Shown here: positions 18,494 through 31,220 of the stretch, piece after piece
Position numbering within the stretch: position 1 is the stretch's first letter
Layout of the letters: each line of letters opens with the position of its first letter
Assembly (NCBI GenBank): GCA_035650475.1
Contig: DASRHP010000009.1
Coordinates: 174,545-238,544, forward strand
Direction: 5' to 3'
Origin: Candidatus Binataceae bacterium
GTDB lineage: Bacteria > Desulfobacterota > Binatia > Binatales > Binataceae
DNA: 64,000 nucleotides
Position numbers and translations under genes: made by a program
Notes under the pieces: generated by a model
Seen by the model: only the letters and a program-made list of their open reading frames with translations
The model's database searches: none
Told to the model about the DNA's origin: nothing

Positions 18494-18630
18494 CGCTTTT
18501 CTCCGCAAGATCTTCATCCTTGCGCGCCATTAATTGTGGAAGAGCTTGGCGGACGGGTCAATTGCTACTAGCTTCGCCATATGGTGCGGCCTGGAGGGCT
18601 TTGGATAACTAGTTGGAATAGGAGCCGCCT

Positions 18631-19146
18631 GTGATGGACACCGATTTGACCGCCGCATTCGCGTCGCTCACCACCGGAATCTACGTGCTTACGGTCGCCG
18701 ACGGCGCGCAGCACCACGGGATGTCGTCATCGTGGGCGACGCAGGTTTCGGGCGAACCGCCGCTGTTCTCGGTCGCCGTGGATAACGGCCATTTCTCATC
18801 CAACGTGCTGATGCGCACGGGCTTATTCGGGCTCAACATCGTCGGGGCGCGCGGCAAGGCGCTGGAGGACTACTTCTACTCGGCGGCGGCACGGCGGCCC
18901 GACAATCTGGCAGGGATGGATTACGAACTGTCACCCAAGCTGGGCGTACCGTGGCTGGGCGCGGCGATGGTCTCAGTCGAGGCGCGGGTGGTCAACAGCG
19001 TACTCGCCGGAGATCACAGGATATTCATCGCCGAGCCGGTGGGAGTGCGGATTCGCGCCGCCGATCGGCCGCTCACCTCGCTCGACCTAGATTATGTGTA
19101 TCTAGGCGGGCGTCAGGTGGTCGCGCGCGATCGCAGCGGATGGTGA
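18631..19146 (+). CDS. flavin reductase family protein (FMN-binding split barrel)
   Basis: GIYVLTV...HHGMSSSWATQVS pattern. Confidence 0.8.
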   Translation: MMDTDLTAAFASLTTGIYVLTVADGAQHHGMSSSWATQVSGEPPLFSVAVDNGHFSSNVLMRTGLFGLNIVGARGKALEDYFYSAAARRPDNLAGMDYELSPKLGVPWLGAAMVSVEARVVNSVLAGDHRIFIAEPVGVRIRAADRPLTSLDLDYVYLGGRQVVARDRSGW

Positions 19147-19237
19147 CGTGGCGTCCAAGAGGCGGAGCGGGTCGGCCGATTCAAATTTGACCGTCTACAA
19201 AGGCGTCTGATAGCATCCGGCGCGCGGAGAATTGCCG

Positions 19238-19714
19238 ATGGCCATCGACAAGAACGAGCTGCGCCGCGTGATGGGACACTTCGCGACCGGCGTCACCGTG
19301 ATCACTACCTGCTCCAAGGACGGCCAGCCTTACGGGCTGACCGCCAACGCCTTTACTTCGGTTTCCCTGACGCCGCCGCTGCTCCTGATCTGCGTGGACA
19401 AGAAGGCCGAGAGCTATCCCTACTTCGAACAGAGCAAAGTCTTCACGGTGAACATCCTGGCCGACGACCAGGAGGCGATTTCGCGGCGCTTTGCGGTTAG
19501 CGGCGGCCCGAAATTCGAAGGCGTCGCCTACCGCATGGGCGCGAACGGCGCGCCGATCCTCGAAGGCACCGTCGGCTATATCGAATGCACTCTTTATGCC
19601 ACCTACGACGGGGGCGATCACACGATCTACCTCGGCGAAATTCAGCAGGCCGAAACCTCAGACCGCAAGCCCCTGCTCTTCTTCCGTGGCGGCTATCGCA
19701 CGCTTGGCGACTGA
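19238..19714 (+). CDS. flavin reductase family protein (tandem paralog)
   Basis: HFATGVTVITT...GLTANAFTSVSLTPPLLLICV pattern; GGAGA RBS upstream of the ATG at 19238. Confidence 0.82.
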   Translation: MAIDKNELRRVMGHFATGVTVITTCSKDGQPYGLTANAFTSVSLTPPLLLICVDKKAESYPYFEQSKVFTVNILADDQEAISRRFAVSGGPKFEGVAYRMGANGAPILEGTVGYIECTLYATYDGGDHTIYLGEIQQAETSDRKPLLFFRGGYRTLGD

Positions 19715-20453
19715 ACCCGCACGCCTTCCCGGCATTAGCGTTTTTCTCCCCTGCCATAACGAGGAGGGCAACGTCGAGCGGGTGGTGGCGGGGCTGGGCG
19801 CGCAGTTGCCCGCGCTGGCTGAGCGCTGGGAAATCGTCATCGTTGACGACGGCAGCCGCGACCGCACGGGCGCGCTGGCCGACGCGCTGGCTGCGCGCGA
19901 CCCCCACGTGAGGGTCGTCCATCATCCGGTGAACCGCGGCTACGGGGCGGCAGTCATCTCCGGCATCCGCGCATGCACGCAGCCATGGGTGGTGCTGTGC
20001 GACGGCGACGGCCAGTTCGAGGCGGCCGACATCGGGCGGCTGGTTGCCGAGGCGGCGGCCAGCGATGTGGTTGTCGGGCATCGCGTGCGCCGCGCTGACC
20101 CGCTGATGCGGCGGATCAACGGCAAGGCATGGACAATACTGATGCGCCTAGTGTTGGGCGTCCGCGTGCGCGACATCGATTGCGGTCTGAAGCTGTTCAG
20201 GCGCGAACTGCTGGAAGGAATCGATCTTCAGGCCAAGGGTGCCATGATTTCGGCCGAGTTGATGGCGCAGTTGGCGGGGCGTGGCGCGTGCATTTCAGAG
20301 GTAGACGTGCGTCATCTGCCGCGCTTGAGCGGCGAGCAGTCTGGCGCCAATATCAGAGTTATCGCGCGCGCTTTCAAGGAGCTCTTCCTGCTCCACGGAA
20401 GGCTGCGCCGGGCGCGCCGCCTGGGCGAAGCCTCGCGCCACGGGACGGATTAG
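19686..20453 (+). CDS. glycosyltransferase family 2 (DPM1/GtrB-like)
   Basis: ISVFLPCHNEE and VIVDDGSRD DxD motifs; no ATG, so a GTG (19686) or TTG (19704) start that overlaps the upstream gene end. Confidence 0.72.
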   Translation: MAAIARLATEPARLPGISVFLPCHNEEGNVERVVAGLGAQLPALAERWEIVIVDDGSRDRTGALADALAARDPHVRVVHHPVNRGYGAAVISGIRACTQPWVVLCDGDGQFEAADIGRLVAEAAASDVVVGHRVRRADPLMRRINGKAWTILMRLVLGVRVRDIDCGLKLFRRELLEGIDLQAKGAMISAELMAQLAGRGACISEVDVRHLPRLSGEQSGANIRVIARAFKELFLLHGRLRRARRLGEASRHGTD

Positions 20454-20674
20454 GCTTGGGGGCCGCTGGGGAGACTGGGGCTCCAGCCCTACCGCCTCTG
20501 GACGCAAAAGGGGTGACGAGTAGCCCAACTGCGTCGGGAAAAAGCATCGGATCGAGCAAAAGCAGCCACTTTGAACAGGTTCTGCGATGGCACGCCAATC
20601 GCACTTAATGTCAGCGAAAATGCGGCTGCACGGGTCAGCCGCCAAGTGAGGGGTAAAAGGAGAAAGGAACGAAT

Positions 20675-20959
20675 ATGAAACGGACTCTGACTATTCTGAC
20701 GGCGGCACTGTTCGCGGGCGCGCTTGCGGCGCCGGTGGTGCATGCGGCGGACGCCAGTTCGCCAGCCGCGGCTCCCGCGGCGGCTGCTCCGGCTGCTCCG
20801 GCGGCTCCGGCCGCGGAAAGCGCGCCTAAGGCGGCCAAGAAGGCCACCCATCACGCCAAGCATCACGCCAAGAAGCACGCGGCCAAGAAGAAGACCACGG
20901 CGAAGGCCGAGAGCAGCACGGCCACCGACGCCGGCGGCACGGGCAACGCGAAGCAGTAA
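20675..20959 (+). CDS. small secreted low-complexity protein, Ala/Pro-rich then His/Lys-rich
   Basis: Strong RBS AAAGGAGAAAGGAACGAAT-ATG; signal peptide MKRTLTILTAALFAGALAAPVVHA; basic tract KKATHHAKHHAKKHAAKKK; strong terminator downstream. Confidence 0.6.
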   Translation: MKRTLTILTAALFAGALAAPVVHAADASSPAAAPAAAAPAAPAAPAAESAPKAAKKATHHAKHHAKKHAAKKKTTAKAESSTATDAGGTGNAKQ

Positions 20960-21045
20960 GCTCGCCCTTCCGTTCTGCCGACGTGCTCTGCGGCGCTCGA
21001 GCGGCTGTTTGGGGCCCTCGGACCACCGCAGCGGCCTTTTCTTCA

Positions 21046-21082
21046 AGCGCGCGGCGTCAATTTGATGCCGCGCGCTTTTTCT
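21046..21082 (+). terminator. rho-independent terminator
   Basis: AGCGCGCGGC-gtcaatttgat-GCCGCGCGCT followed by TTTTTCTC. Confidence 0.65.
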
Positions 21083-21139
21083 CACTTTCACTTTCCTGCT
21101 AAGGTCCTTGATGTCCGCGCACGTTTGACGTGCCGGCTT

Positions 21140-21859
21140 ATGGCTCTGAGTAGTTATCGCGCGTCTGGGTTTTGGCTTGTGCTGCTGTTGTCGATAGCGG
21201 CGCTTGGGACGGACGTGATCCGCGCGCCGGCGGCCGCCGCCGACCAGCAGGTCTGCGACCCGGTGGCCGATTACTACCTCGGGATGGAGAATTACCCAGC
21301 CGCGATCCGGCGTCACCTTGTAGTCATCCGTGCTCATCCCGACAACGCGCTTGCCCATTACCATCTGGGCTTTGCGTATGGCTTAACCGGCCAGCACGCG
21401 CGTGAACTGAACGAGTATCGGCGGGCCGTCGCCCTTGGGTTCGGTGACTGGCAGCTTTTCCTCAACATGGGGCTGGCCTACGTCGAGGCCGGCCGGCTGA
21501 ACGAAGGCATCGAGGTGCTGCGGTTGGCGACACTGCTGGCGCCGTACCAGAGCGAAGCGCACTTCAACCTGGGGTTGGCCTACGAACGGCGCGGGATGCT
21601 GTCGGCGGCGGAGCAGGAGGTTCTGCTTGCGCTGCGGCTGAAGCCGGGCGACCTCGACACGCGCAACACGCTCGGCTTGGTTTATGCCGAGGAAGGCCGT
21701 TACGGGTTGGCGCGCACGGAGTGGGCGGAGTTGCTCGGCGCGGATCCGGAATATACGCCGGCCCGCGAAAATCTGGCGATCCTGAGGCGGGCGGAGCAGC
21801 ACGCGGGCGGCGAGGGCGCCGGCTCACATCCGGTGGCCATTTTCGCTCACAGGCGGTGA
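21140..21859 (+). CDS. tetratricopeptide-repeat protein with signal peptide
   Basis: MALSSYRASGFWLVLLLSIAALG signal peptide; repeated AxxxYxLGxAY TPR units. Confidence 0.7.
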   Translation: MALSSYRASGFWLVLLLSIAALGTDVIRAPAAAADQQVCDPVADYYLGMENYPAAIRRHLVVIRAHPDNALAHYHLGFAYGLTGQHARELNEYRRAVALGFGDWQLFLNMGLAYVEAGRLNEGIEVLRLATLLAPYQSEAHFNLGLAYERRGMLSAAEQEVLLALRLKPGDLDTRNTLGLVYAEEGRYGLARTEWAELLGADPEYTPARENLAILRRAEQHAGGEGAGSHPVAIFAHRR

Positions 21860-21875
21860 GGTTGAGGTGGTAACG

Positions 21876-23183
21876 ATGGTGGCGAGGCCTGTGGCAGAAG
21901 GGGTGCAAAGGCGGACGGATAACGCAGCGATTCGCGGGTGGACGGCAGCGACATCCTGCACAAAATTATTGGTCCTTGTCCTCGTCGCCGTGCTGATAGC
22001 CCCCGGCGCGGCGCGTGCGACCTCTCATCGAGCTCGTCACAGACGGCACGCTACCCGCCATCATCGCAGCCACTACAGCACGCACGGCGCTCCTTACCAT
22101 GCCCTGCTGCTGGAAGAGGCCGACACCGGCAAGATTCTCTACGACTACAATGGCGGCATCCAATGGCCGCCGGCGTCGATGGCCAAGATGATGCTGCTGT
22201 TGGTCGCCGAGGAGGCGATCCAGTCTGGCCGCGTTCATCTCAACGATCCGGTGACCATATCCGCCAACGCCGCGGTGACCGGCGGCTCGCGCCTTGGGCT
22301 GCTGCGCGCGGGCGAAGTCGTCCCGCTGGGCGAACTGATGAAGGCGGCGCTCATCCGCTCGGCCAACGACGCCGCCGTCGCGGTGGCCGAGAAGGTATGC
22401 GGTTCGACCGAGCGCTGCGTCGCGCTGATGAACGAGCAGGCCAAGGCGCTCGGCATGACCCACACCGTTTACCATACGGTCGAGGGGTTGCCGCCGCGCC
22501 CGCTGCACGACGTTGACACCACCAACGCCTATGACCTTGCGACCCTCGCCCGCGCGCTTATCCATCGCACCAACCTGCTCCAATGGTCGGGGATGGAGAC
22601 CGCGTCCTTCGAGGACGGCCTAGTGATGCTCCATAACACCAATCATCTGGTGGGCCATTTCGAGGGCTGCGACGGGCTGAAGACCGGTTTCACGATCAGG
22701 GCCGGCTTCAATCTGACGGCGACCGCCGAGCGCGGCAACATGCGGCTGATTGCCGTGGTGCTCGGCGCGCCCAACAACTCCGCGCGCTTTGCCCAGGCGG
22801 CGCGCCTGATGGAGTGGGGGTTCGACAACTTTGCGAAAGTCACGGTGCTCAAGCGGGGCGAGTTGCTGCCGGTGCAGGTGCGGGTTGGAACGGACGAGGT
22901 GATGCAGCCGGTGGCGCAAAACACGGTTACCGTGATCGTGCCGAAGAAGGATGCCGCCTCAATTAAAATCGACTATGCGGTGCCGGCCAGCCAGTACGGG
23001 CCGCTGGTCTCGGATCAGACCGTGGGCCATGTTATCGTGCGCGACGGCGGCGAGGTGCTGGCCGAATGCAACGCGGTGTGCCCGTTTCCGGTCGGACAGC
23101 GGCCGGCGGTGCTCAACGCGATGAACGGCTCCGACCTCAACGCCCACAGCGCAACCATGCAGGTAGAGGCGCCCGCAAGGTGA
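21876..23183 (+). CDS. D-alanyl-D-alanine carboxypeptidase (peptidase S11, PBP5/6 family)
   Basis: SMAKMM (SxxK), SAND (SxN) and KTGFT (KTG) motifs; GAGGTGG RBS before ATG 21876. Confidence 0.85.
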   Translation: MVARPVAEGVQRRTDNAAIRGWTAATSCTKLLVLVLVAVLIAPGAARATSHRARHRRHATRHHRSHYSTHGAPYHALLLEEADTGKILYDYNGGIQWPPASMAKMMLLLVAEEAIQSGRVHLNDPVTISANAAVTGGSRLGLLRAGEVVPLGELMKAALIRSANDAAVAVAEKVCGSTERCVALMNEQAKALGMTHTVYHTVEGLPPRPLHDVDTTNAYDLATLARALIHRTNLLQWSGMETASFEDGLVMLHNTNHLVGHFEGCDGLKTGFTIRAGFNLTATAERGNMRLIAVVLGAPNNSARFAQAARLMEWGFDNFAKVTVLKRGELLPVQVRVGTDEVMQPVAQNTVTVIVPKKDAASIKIDYAVPASQYGPLVSDQTVGHVIVRDGGEVLAECNAVCPFPVGQRPAVLNAMNGSDLNAHSATMQVEAPAR

Positions 23184-23475
23184 ATTGATGAAACCAGCTT
23201 CCCGTCAGCGCAATCGGCGCAACCGCAAACTGGCGCGTAAGCGCCGCAGCAATCCCGTCCAGGTGCGCGCGCGCAAGCGGCGGATGCGCCGCACGCGGAT
23301 GCGCAAGGCGCGCACCTGAGCGCACTGCGGCCGAGCCGTCGTCAGCTAAAGTTCCGGCTCAGCGGGGCGGGCATCGTTGCCCGCCCTGTCCGCATTTGGC
23401 GGATGCGCGTCCACAGGCTGAGGGCTGTGGCGGAGTTTCTGCGCTCTGCTTGTGGAGCAAACGCGGACGGCCAAA

Positions 23476-23504
23476 TTGACAGCCACCCGCGCGGCGGGTA
23501 CCAA
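23476..23504 (+). promoter_or_regulatory. candidate sigma70-type promoter for kdsB (TTGACA-N17-TACCAA)
   Basis: Perfect -35 hexamer, 17-nt spacer, weak -10; ~50 nt upstream of the kdsB ATG. Confidence 0.3.
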
Positions 23505-23553
23505 TGATCGTGCCGTCCGGTTGCCCTTACCCCATCCCAGCGGAGGCTTCACG

Positions 23554-26805
<3,252 letters not shown>

Positions 26806-26923
26806 GCCGCGCGTGGTTGGCGCCCGCTGCGCGCGAGCTGCGCGCGCCGCTGTGGCGCGCCCGCGCGACAAAGTTCATTTACACCCCCACCGTGCGCTGA
26901 TAGCCTCATCTGTTGGAAGCGCG

Positions 26924-27532
26924 ATGAGTCCCCGGCGTGTAGCCAAAGCGATGGGGTTGTTCGGGGCTGCGGCACTGGCCGTGGTTTTCGTCGTCGCGGT
27001 TTGGGTCGTGCACCATCGCAGCTCCTCTTCCGCGGCCGCCTTGCGCCAGGCAGTGAATCTGGTGCCTGGAGCGCTGCTCCACGCGCACAACTTCAAGTGG
27101 ACCCAGATGAAAGGCGGGCAGAGCCAGTGGCGGCTGAGCGCGCGCGATGCCAGCTACGCCAAGGACAAGACCTCGCTGATGCTGACTGACGCGGCGCTCT
27201 CGATGGTTGCCGCGGACGGCAAGGAGGTCGCGGTCAACGCGCCGCACGCCGAGATCTCGGTGACCGGCAATCACGTCAACAGCGCGCGCCTAAGCGGCGG
27301 GCTTACGATCAACTACGGCAATTTCGTGTTGAGCACTCCCGAAGCGACCTTCGTCCCCGACAAGGACATCCTGACCGCGCCCGGCGTGGTCAAGGTTGTG
27401 GGCGAAGGGCTGACCGTCACCGGCGTTGGGCTCAGCGGCCATCCCAAGGAACGCAGCTTCACCCTGCTTAACCAGACCAACACCGTGGTGGTTCCCAAAA
27501 CGACCCGTGACAACAAATCCGGCAAGTTGTGA
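26924..27532 (+). CDS. lptC: LPS export system protein LptC
   Basis: N-terminal TM anchor followed by an OstA/LptC beta-jellyroll domain; position kdsA-lptC-lptA. Confidence 0.7.
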   Translation: MSPRRVAKAMGLFGAAALAVVFVVAVWVVHHRSSSSAAALRQAVNLVPGALLHAHNFKWTQMKGGQSQWRLSARDASYAKDKTSLMLTDAALSMVAADGKEVAVNAPHAEISVTGNHVNSARLSGGLTINYGNFVLSTPEATFVPDKDILTAPGVVKVVGEGLTVTGVGLSGHPKERSFTLLNQTNTVVVPKTTRDNKSGKL

Positions 27533-27572
27533 TTGTGTACCCGCCCGGCGCCGCCGCGCACTTGCGGCCGCG

Positions 27573-28544
27573 TTGAACGGATTGTGCGCCGCCGCGCTGG
27601 TGCTTGCGCCAATAGGGCTTGTGCCGGGACGGGCGCGCGCCCAGGAGTCCGCGCCCGAGCCGCCGAGCACGGATGCCGGGCCCGGTTTCGCGAGCACGCT
27701 GCCCGAAGCCGGCGGCGGGCTGCCCGATGTCGGCAGCGTGACCTCCGCGTTCGCAGCGGATTCGTCCGCGACGTCCAGCCCGGCGCCGCCTGCCAACCTC
27801 GGCGACAGCGTGCGCAAGCCTGCCGGCGCGGCGGGCGCCGACGCATCGGCGTCCGCCGCGTCGGCGGCAGCCTCCACCCCGGCGGGCGCGGCTGGCTCCG
27901 TCGCTGGCGGCGGCGCCCCCGCGACCGGCTCAATCACGCAGGCGGCGGCCACGCCGCCTGCGCCTGCGACGGCGCAGAAGGGCGAACGCAGCCCCGGCGA
28001 TCGGGCGCATCCCGTGGCCGCCGCCAGCGCGCCGTCCGCAGGGCAGGCCTCGAGCGCGGACGCCAAGGACGCCACGGCAGAGCAAGGCAATCCGTTCTCT
28101 GCCCTCCAGCTCTCGTCCGGCCACGGTCCCATCGACATCAAATCGGACACCCTGGAGCTCGACTATAAGGGCAACAGCGTTACCTTCCGCGGGCACGTGC
28201 GTGCGGTCCAGGCCGACGCGGTGCTCACCAGTGATTCGCTCAAGGTGCTCTACGGTAAGGATTTTCATGAAGTCAAAGAGATGTTCGCCGACGGCAATGT
28301 GCGGATGAGCCAAGGCACGCGCTGGGCAACCGGCGATCATGCGGTGCTCGACCAGACCGCGCATACAGTCGTCCTGACCGGCAACCCGGTCGTGCACGAC
28401 GGCGAGGATCAGGTCGCCGGCACCCGGATTACGGTCCATCTTGACTCGGGCAAGAGCGAAGTTCAGGGCGCCCGCGCAGTCCTATTCCCTAAGCAGCAGC
28501 AAACCCGCGATAATAAGGGAGCGCCCGCCGCTCAGCAGCTTTAG
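27573..28544 (+). CDS. lptA: LPS transport periplasmic protein LptA (OstA-like), with a long Ala/Pro/Ser-rich linker
   Basis: C-terminal OstA N-domain pattern (DIKSDTLELDYKGNSVTFRGHV...LTGNPVV); putative TTG start at 27573 giving signal peptide MNGLCAAALVLAPIGLVPGRARA; start is uncertain. Confidence 0.65.
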   Translation: MNGLCAAALVLAPIGLVPGRARAQESAPEPPSTDAGPGFASTLPEAGGGLPDVGSVTSAFAADSSATSSPAPPANLGDSVRKPAGAAGADASASAASAAASTPAGAAGSVAGGGAPATGSITQAAATPPAPATAQKGERSPGDRAHPVAAASAPSAGQASSADAKDATAEQGNPFSALQLSSGHGPIDIKSDTLELDYKGNSVTFRGHVRAVQADAVLTSDSLKVLYGKDFHEVKEMFADGNVRMSQGTRWATGDHAVLDQTAHTVVLTGNPVVHDGEDQVAGTRITVHLDSGKSEVQGARAVLFPKQQQTRDNKGAPAAQQL

Positions 28545-28558
28545 GCGGGGCCTTCGCT

Positions 28559-30124
28559 ATGCCTCCGGAGTTGAAACTCGGCCAGGATCTGCGGCTGCGC
28601 CAGCAGCTGGTGATGACGCCGCAGCTCCAGCAGGCGATCAAGATTCTTCAGCTCTCGCTGCCCGAGCTGGAGGCGGTCGTCCAGAGCGAGTTGGAATCCA
28701 ACCCGCTGCTCGAGATGGTCGAGGAACGCAGCCCGACCGCCACTGCCGCCGACGACACGATGGCCGCCGCGCCGGAGGCCGCGCCCGCCGGCGAGCCGGA
28801 CCTGCTGCCGCCTGAGCCCGAGGCGGGCGCGGCGGAAGTGGAGCCGGAATGGAACGGCAATGGCGACGAGCAGCCGGCGGTCGAGGGCTCGGCCAGCGAG
28901 GCACGCGACGCCGCGCTCGAGATCAAGGAGGATCGCCTCGACAATCTCGACTGGCGCGAGTACCTCGAAAATTACTCCAACAACTGGCAGGACACGCGCG
29001 AGGCCGAGGCCGACGACGAGCGGCGCCAGACGCTCGAGAACACGCTCACCCGCCGCACCTCGCTCGAAGAGCATCTGATGTGGCAGCTCAGGATGTCCTC
29101 GCTCGATCACGACGAGCAGCTCATCGCCGCCACCATCATCTACAACCTCAGCGACGACGGCTACCTCGAAACGCCGCTCGAGGAGCTGGCACGCCAGCTC
29201 GAAACCGAGCCCGCGCGAATCGAGCAGGTGCTGCGCCGGGTACAGCGCTTCGACCCGCCCGGAGTTGCGGCGCGCGACCTGCGCGAGTGCCTGTATCTGC
29301 AGCTGATCAACCTTGGGATGGAGGAGTCGCTAGCCGCGCGCATCGTGCTCAATCATCTCGAGCTGCTCGAAAAGCACCGCTACGCCGAGATCGCCAAGGC
29401 GCTCGGTGTGCCGCTGGAGGCGGTGGGGCAAGCGGCCAAGATCATCTCGCTGCTCGAGCCCAAGCCGGGGCGCGACTATGGCGGGCAGGAGCCGGCCTAC
29501 ATCGTGCCCGACGTCTTCATCCACAAGATGGGCGCCGACTACGTGGTGCTGCTCAACGAGGGGGCGGTGCCGCGGCTGCGGCTGGCGGGCTACTACCAGC
29601 GCGTGCTCAACGACGGCGCGGCGGGCGCCGAGGCCAAGGAATATCTCCAGGAGCGGCTGCGCTCGGCGCGCTGGCTGGTCAAGTCGATCTACCAGCGCCA
29701 GCAGACCATCTTCAAGGTCGCAAACTCGATCGTGAAGTTCCAGCGTGCCTTCTTCGACCACGGCATCACCCATCTGCGCCCGTTGGTGCTCAAGGACGTT
29801 GCCGAAGATATCGGGATGCATGAATCGACGATCAGCCGGGCGACCGCCAACAAGTACGCCCACACCCCGCAGGGCATTTTCGAGCTCAAATTCTTTTTTA
29901 CCTCGGGCGTCAAGGCGGCCAGCGGCGAGGACGTGAGCGCCGAGACAGTCAAGGAGAAGATCCGTACGATGGTGGCGGGCGAGTCGCAGAACAATCCGCT
30001 CTCCGACCAGGCGATCGCGGAGATTCTCCGCCGCGACCAGATCAATATCGCTCGCCGCACCGTGGCCAAGTATCGTCAGGCCCTCGGCATCCTGCCCTCC
30101 GCTCGGCGCAAGAAGGTTAGCTGA
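28559..30124 (+). CDS. rpoN: RNA polymerase sigma-54 factor
   Basis: 521 aa; C-terminal RpoN box ARRTVAKYRQALGI. Confidence 0.92.
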   Translation: MPPELKLGQDLRLRQQLVMTPQLQQAIKILQLSLPELEAVVQSELESNPLLEMVEERSPTATAADDTMAAAPEAAPAGEPDLLPPEPEAGAAEVEPEWNGNGDEQPAVEGSASEARDAALEIKEDRLDNLDWREYLENYSNNWQDTREAEADDERRQTLENTLTRRTSLEEHLMWQLRMSSLDHDEQLIAATIIYNLSDDGYLETPLEELARQLETEPARIEQVLRRVQRFDPPGVAARDLRECLYLQLINLGMEESLAARIVLNHLELLEKHRYAEIAKALGVPLEAVGQAAKIISLLEPKPGRDYGGQEPAYIVPDVFIHKMGADYVVLLNEGAVPRLRLAGYYQRVLNDGAAGAEAKEYLQERLRSARWLVKSIYQRQQTIFKVANSIVKFQRAFFDHGITHLRPLVLKDVAEDIGMHESTISRATANKYAHTPQGIFELKFFFTSGVKAASGEDVSAETVKEKIRTMVAGESQNNPLSDQAIAEILRRDQINIARRTVAKYRQALGILPSARRKKVS

Positions 30125-30169
30125 GAAGCTTCTTCGATTGGTGTCCTTTTTGGGGCGGTGAGGCCGGCT

Positions 30170-30610
30170 ATGAAAGCACGCACAGGCAAACGCAGTCGGA
30201 CGGTCGAACGTCGGGCGCGCCGGCGCGCGCAACTCAACGCGCGCCCCCAGGCCGAGGTCACGGTCACTTTCCGTCACGTCGAACCGACCGCCGCCATCCG
30301 GTTGTATGCCGAACGCAAGCTCGCCCGCGTGGCGCAGTCACTCAAGCGCCCCTGCGCCGTGCACCTGATCCTGGAGGTCGACAAGTACCGCCAGCGCGGC
30401 GAAGTTACGGTAAAATCCGGCCGCCTTGCGGTGGTTGCGGCGCAGGGAGAAACCAAGGATCTCTACTCGGTCATCGACCTGCTCGCGGCCAAGGTCGGGC
30501 GCCAGCTCAAGGCCCATCTGGAGAAGATCCAGACGCGCAAATGGCGCGCTCCGTCAGCTCCGGAGCTGCTCAGCGCGGTGGAGGAGGCCGAGAGTAGCCC
30601 GCGCTCGTAG
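30170..30610 (+). CDS. hpf: ribosome hibernation promoting factor / sigma-54 modulation protein
   Basis: RaiA/HPF domain (VTVTFRHVEPTAAIRLYAERKLARV...); conserved position after rpoN; basic N-terminal extension; start is uncertain. Confidence 0.8.
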   Translation: MKARTGKRSRTVERRARRRAQLNARPQAEVTVTFRHVEPTAAIRLYAERKLARVAQSLKRPCAVHLILEVDKYRQRGEVTVKSGRLAVVAAQGETKDLYSVIDLLAAKVGRQLKAHLEKIQTRKWRAPSAPELLSAVEEAESSPRS

Positions 30611-30727
30611 CGGTCGCGCAAGCAGTATCGCGGGGCTCGACCACCGGCCGCCGGCGGCGGGCATCGCGTTGCATCCGGCTCGCCCGAGCCGGCCTTCGAT
30701 GCAATAATCAGCGGTGCTGATCAGGCC

Positions 30728-31189
30728 ATGAAAATCACGGATATCCTCAACCCCGAGATGGTGTTGCCCGAGCTCAAGGGTGCGAATAAGGCCGACGTCC
30801 TGCGCGAGCTTGCCGCCTATCTCGTGAGCAAACACGGCGCGCTGGACGCCGAGATGCTCGCGGCCGTACTGGCCGAGCGCGAGCGGCTGGGCTCGACCGC
30901 GATCGGCGACGGCATTGCGATCCCACATGGCAAAATCGCCGGCATCGACCATATCATCGGCATCTTCGGGCGCCACCGCCGCGGCGTCGATTTCGACTCG
31001 CTCGATGGTCGCCCGACCCATCTGTTCTTTCTGCTGGTTGCGCCCGAAGATTCCGCCAGTCTCCATCTCAAGGCGCTGGCGCGCGTCTCGCGCCTGATGA
31101 AGGACGCGGGCTTCCGCACCCGCCTGATGAACGCCTCCGACGCGCCCGAGATCTTCCGCCTGATAAAGGAGGAAGACGCCCGGCACTGA
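30728..31189 (+). CDS. ptsN: PTS IIA-Ntr nitrogen regulatory protein
   Basis: PTS EIIA type-2 domain with active-site His (GIAIPHGK). Confidence 0.85.
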   Translation: MKITDILNPEMVLPELKGANKADVLRELAAYLVSKHGALDAEMLAAVLAERERLGSTAIGDGIAIPHGKIAGIDHIIGIFGRHRRGVDFDSLDGRPTHLFFLLVAPEDSASLHLKALARVSRLMKDAGFRTRLMNASDAPEIFRLIKEEDARH

Positions 31190-31220
31190 GGCGGAGGTTG
31201 CCGGAGCGCCGCAGACTCCG

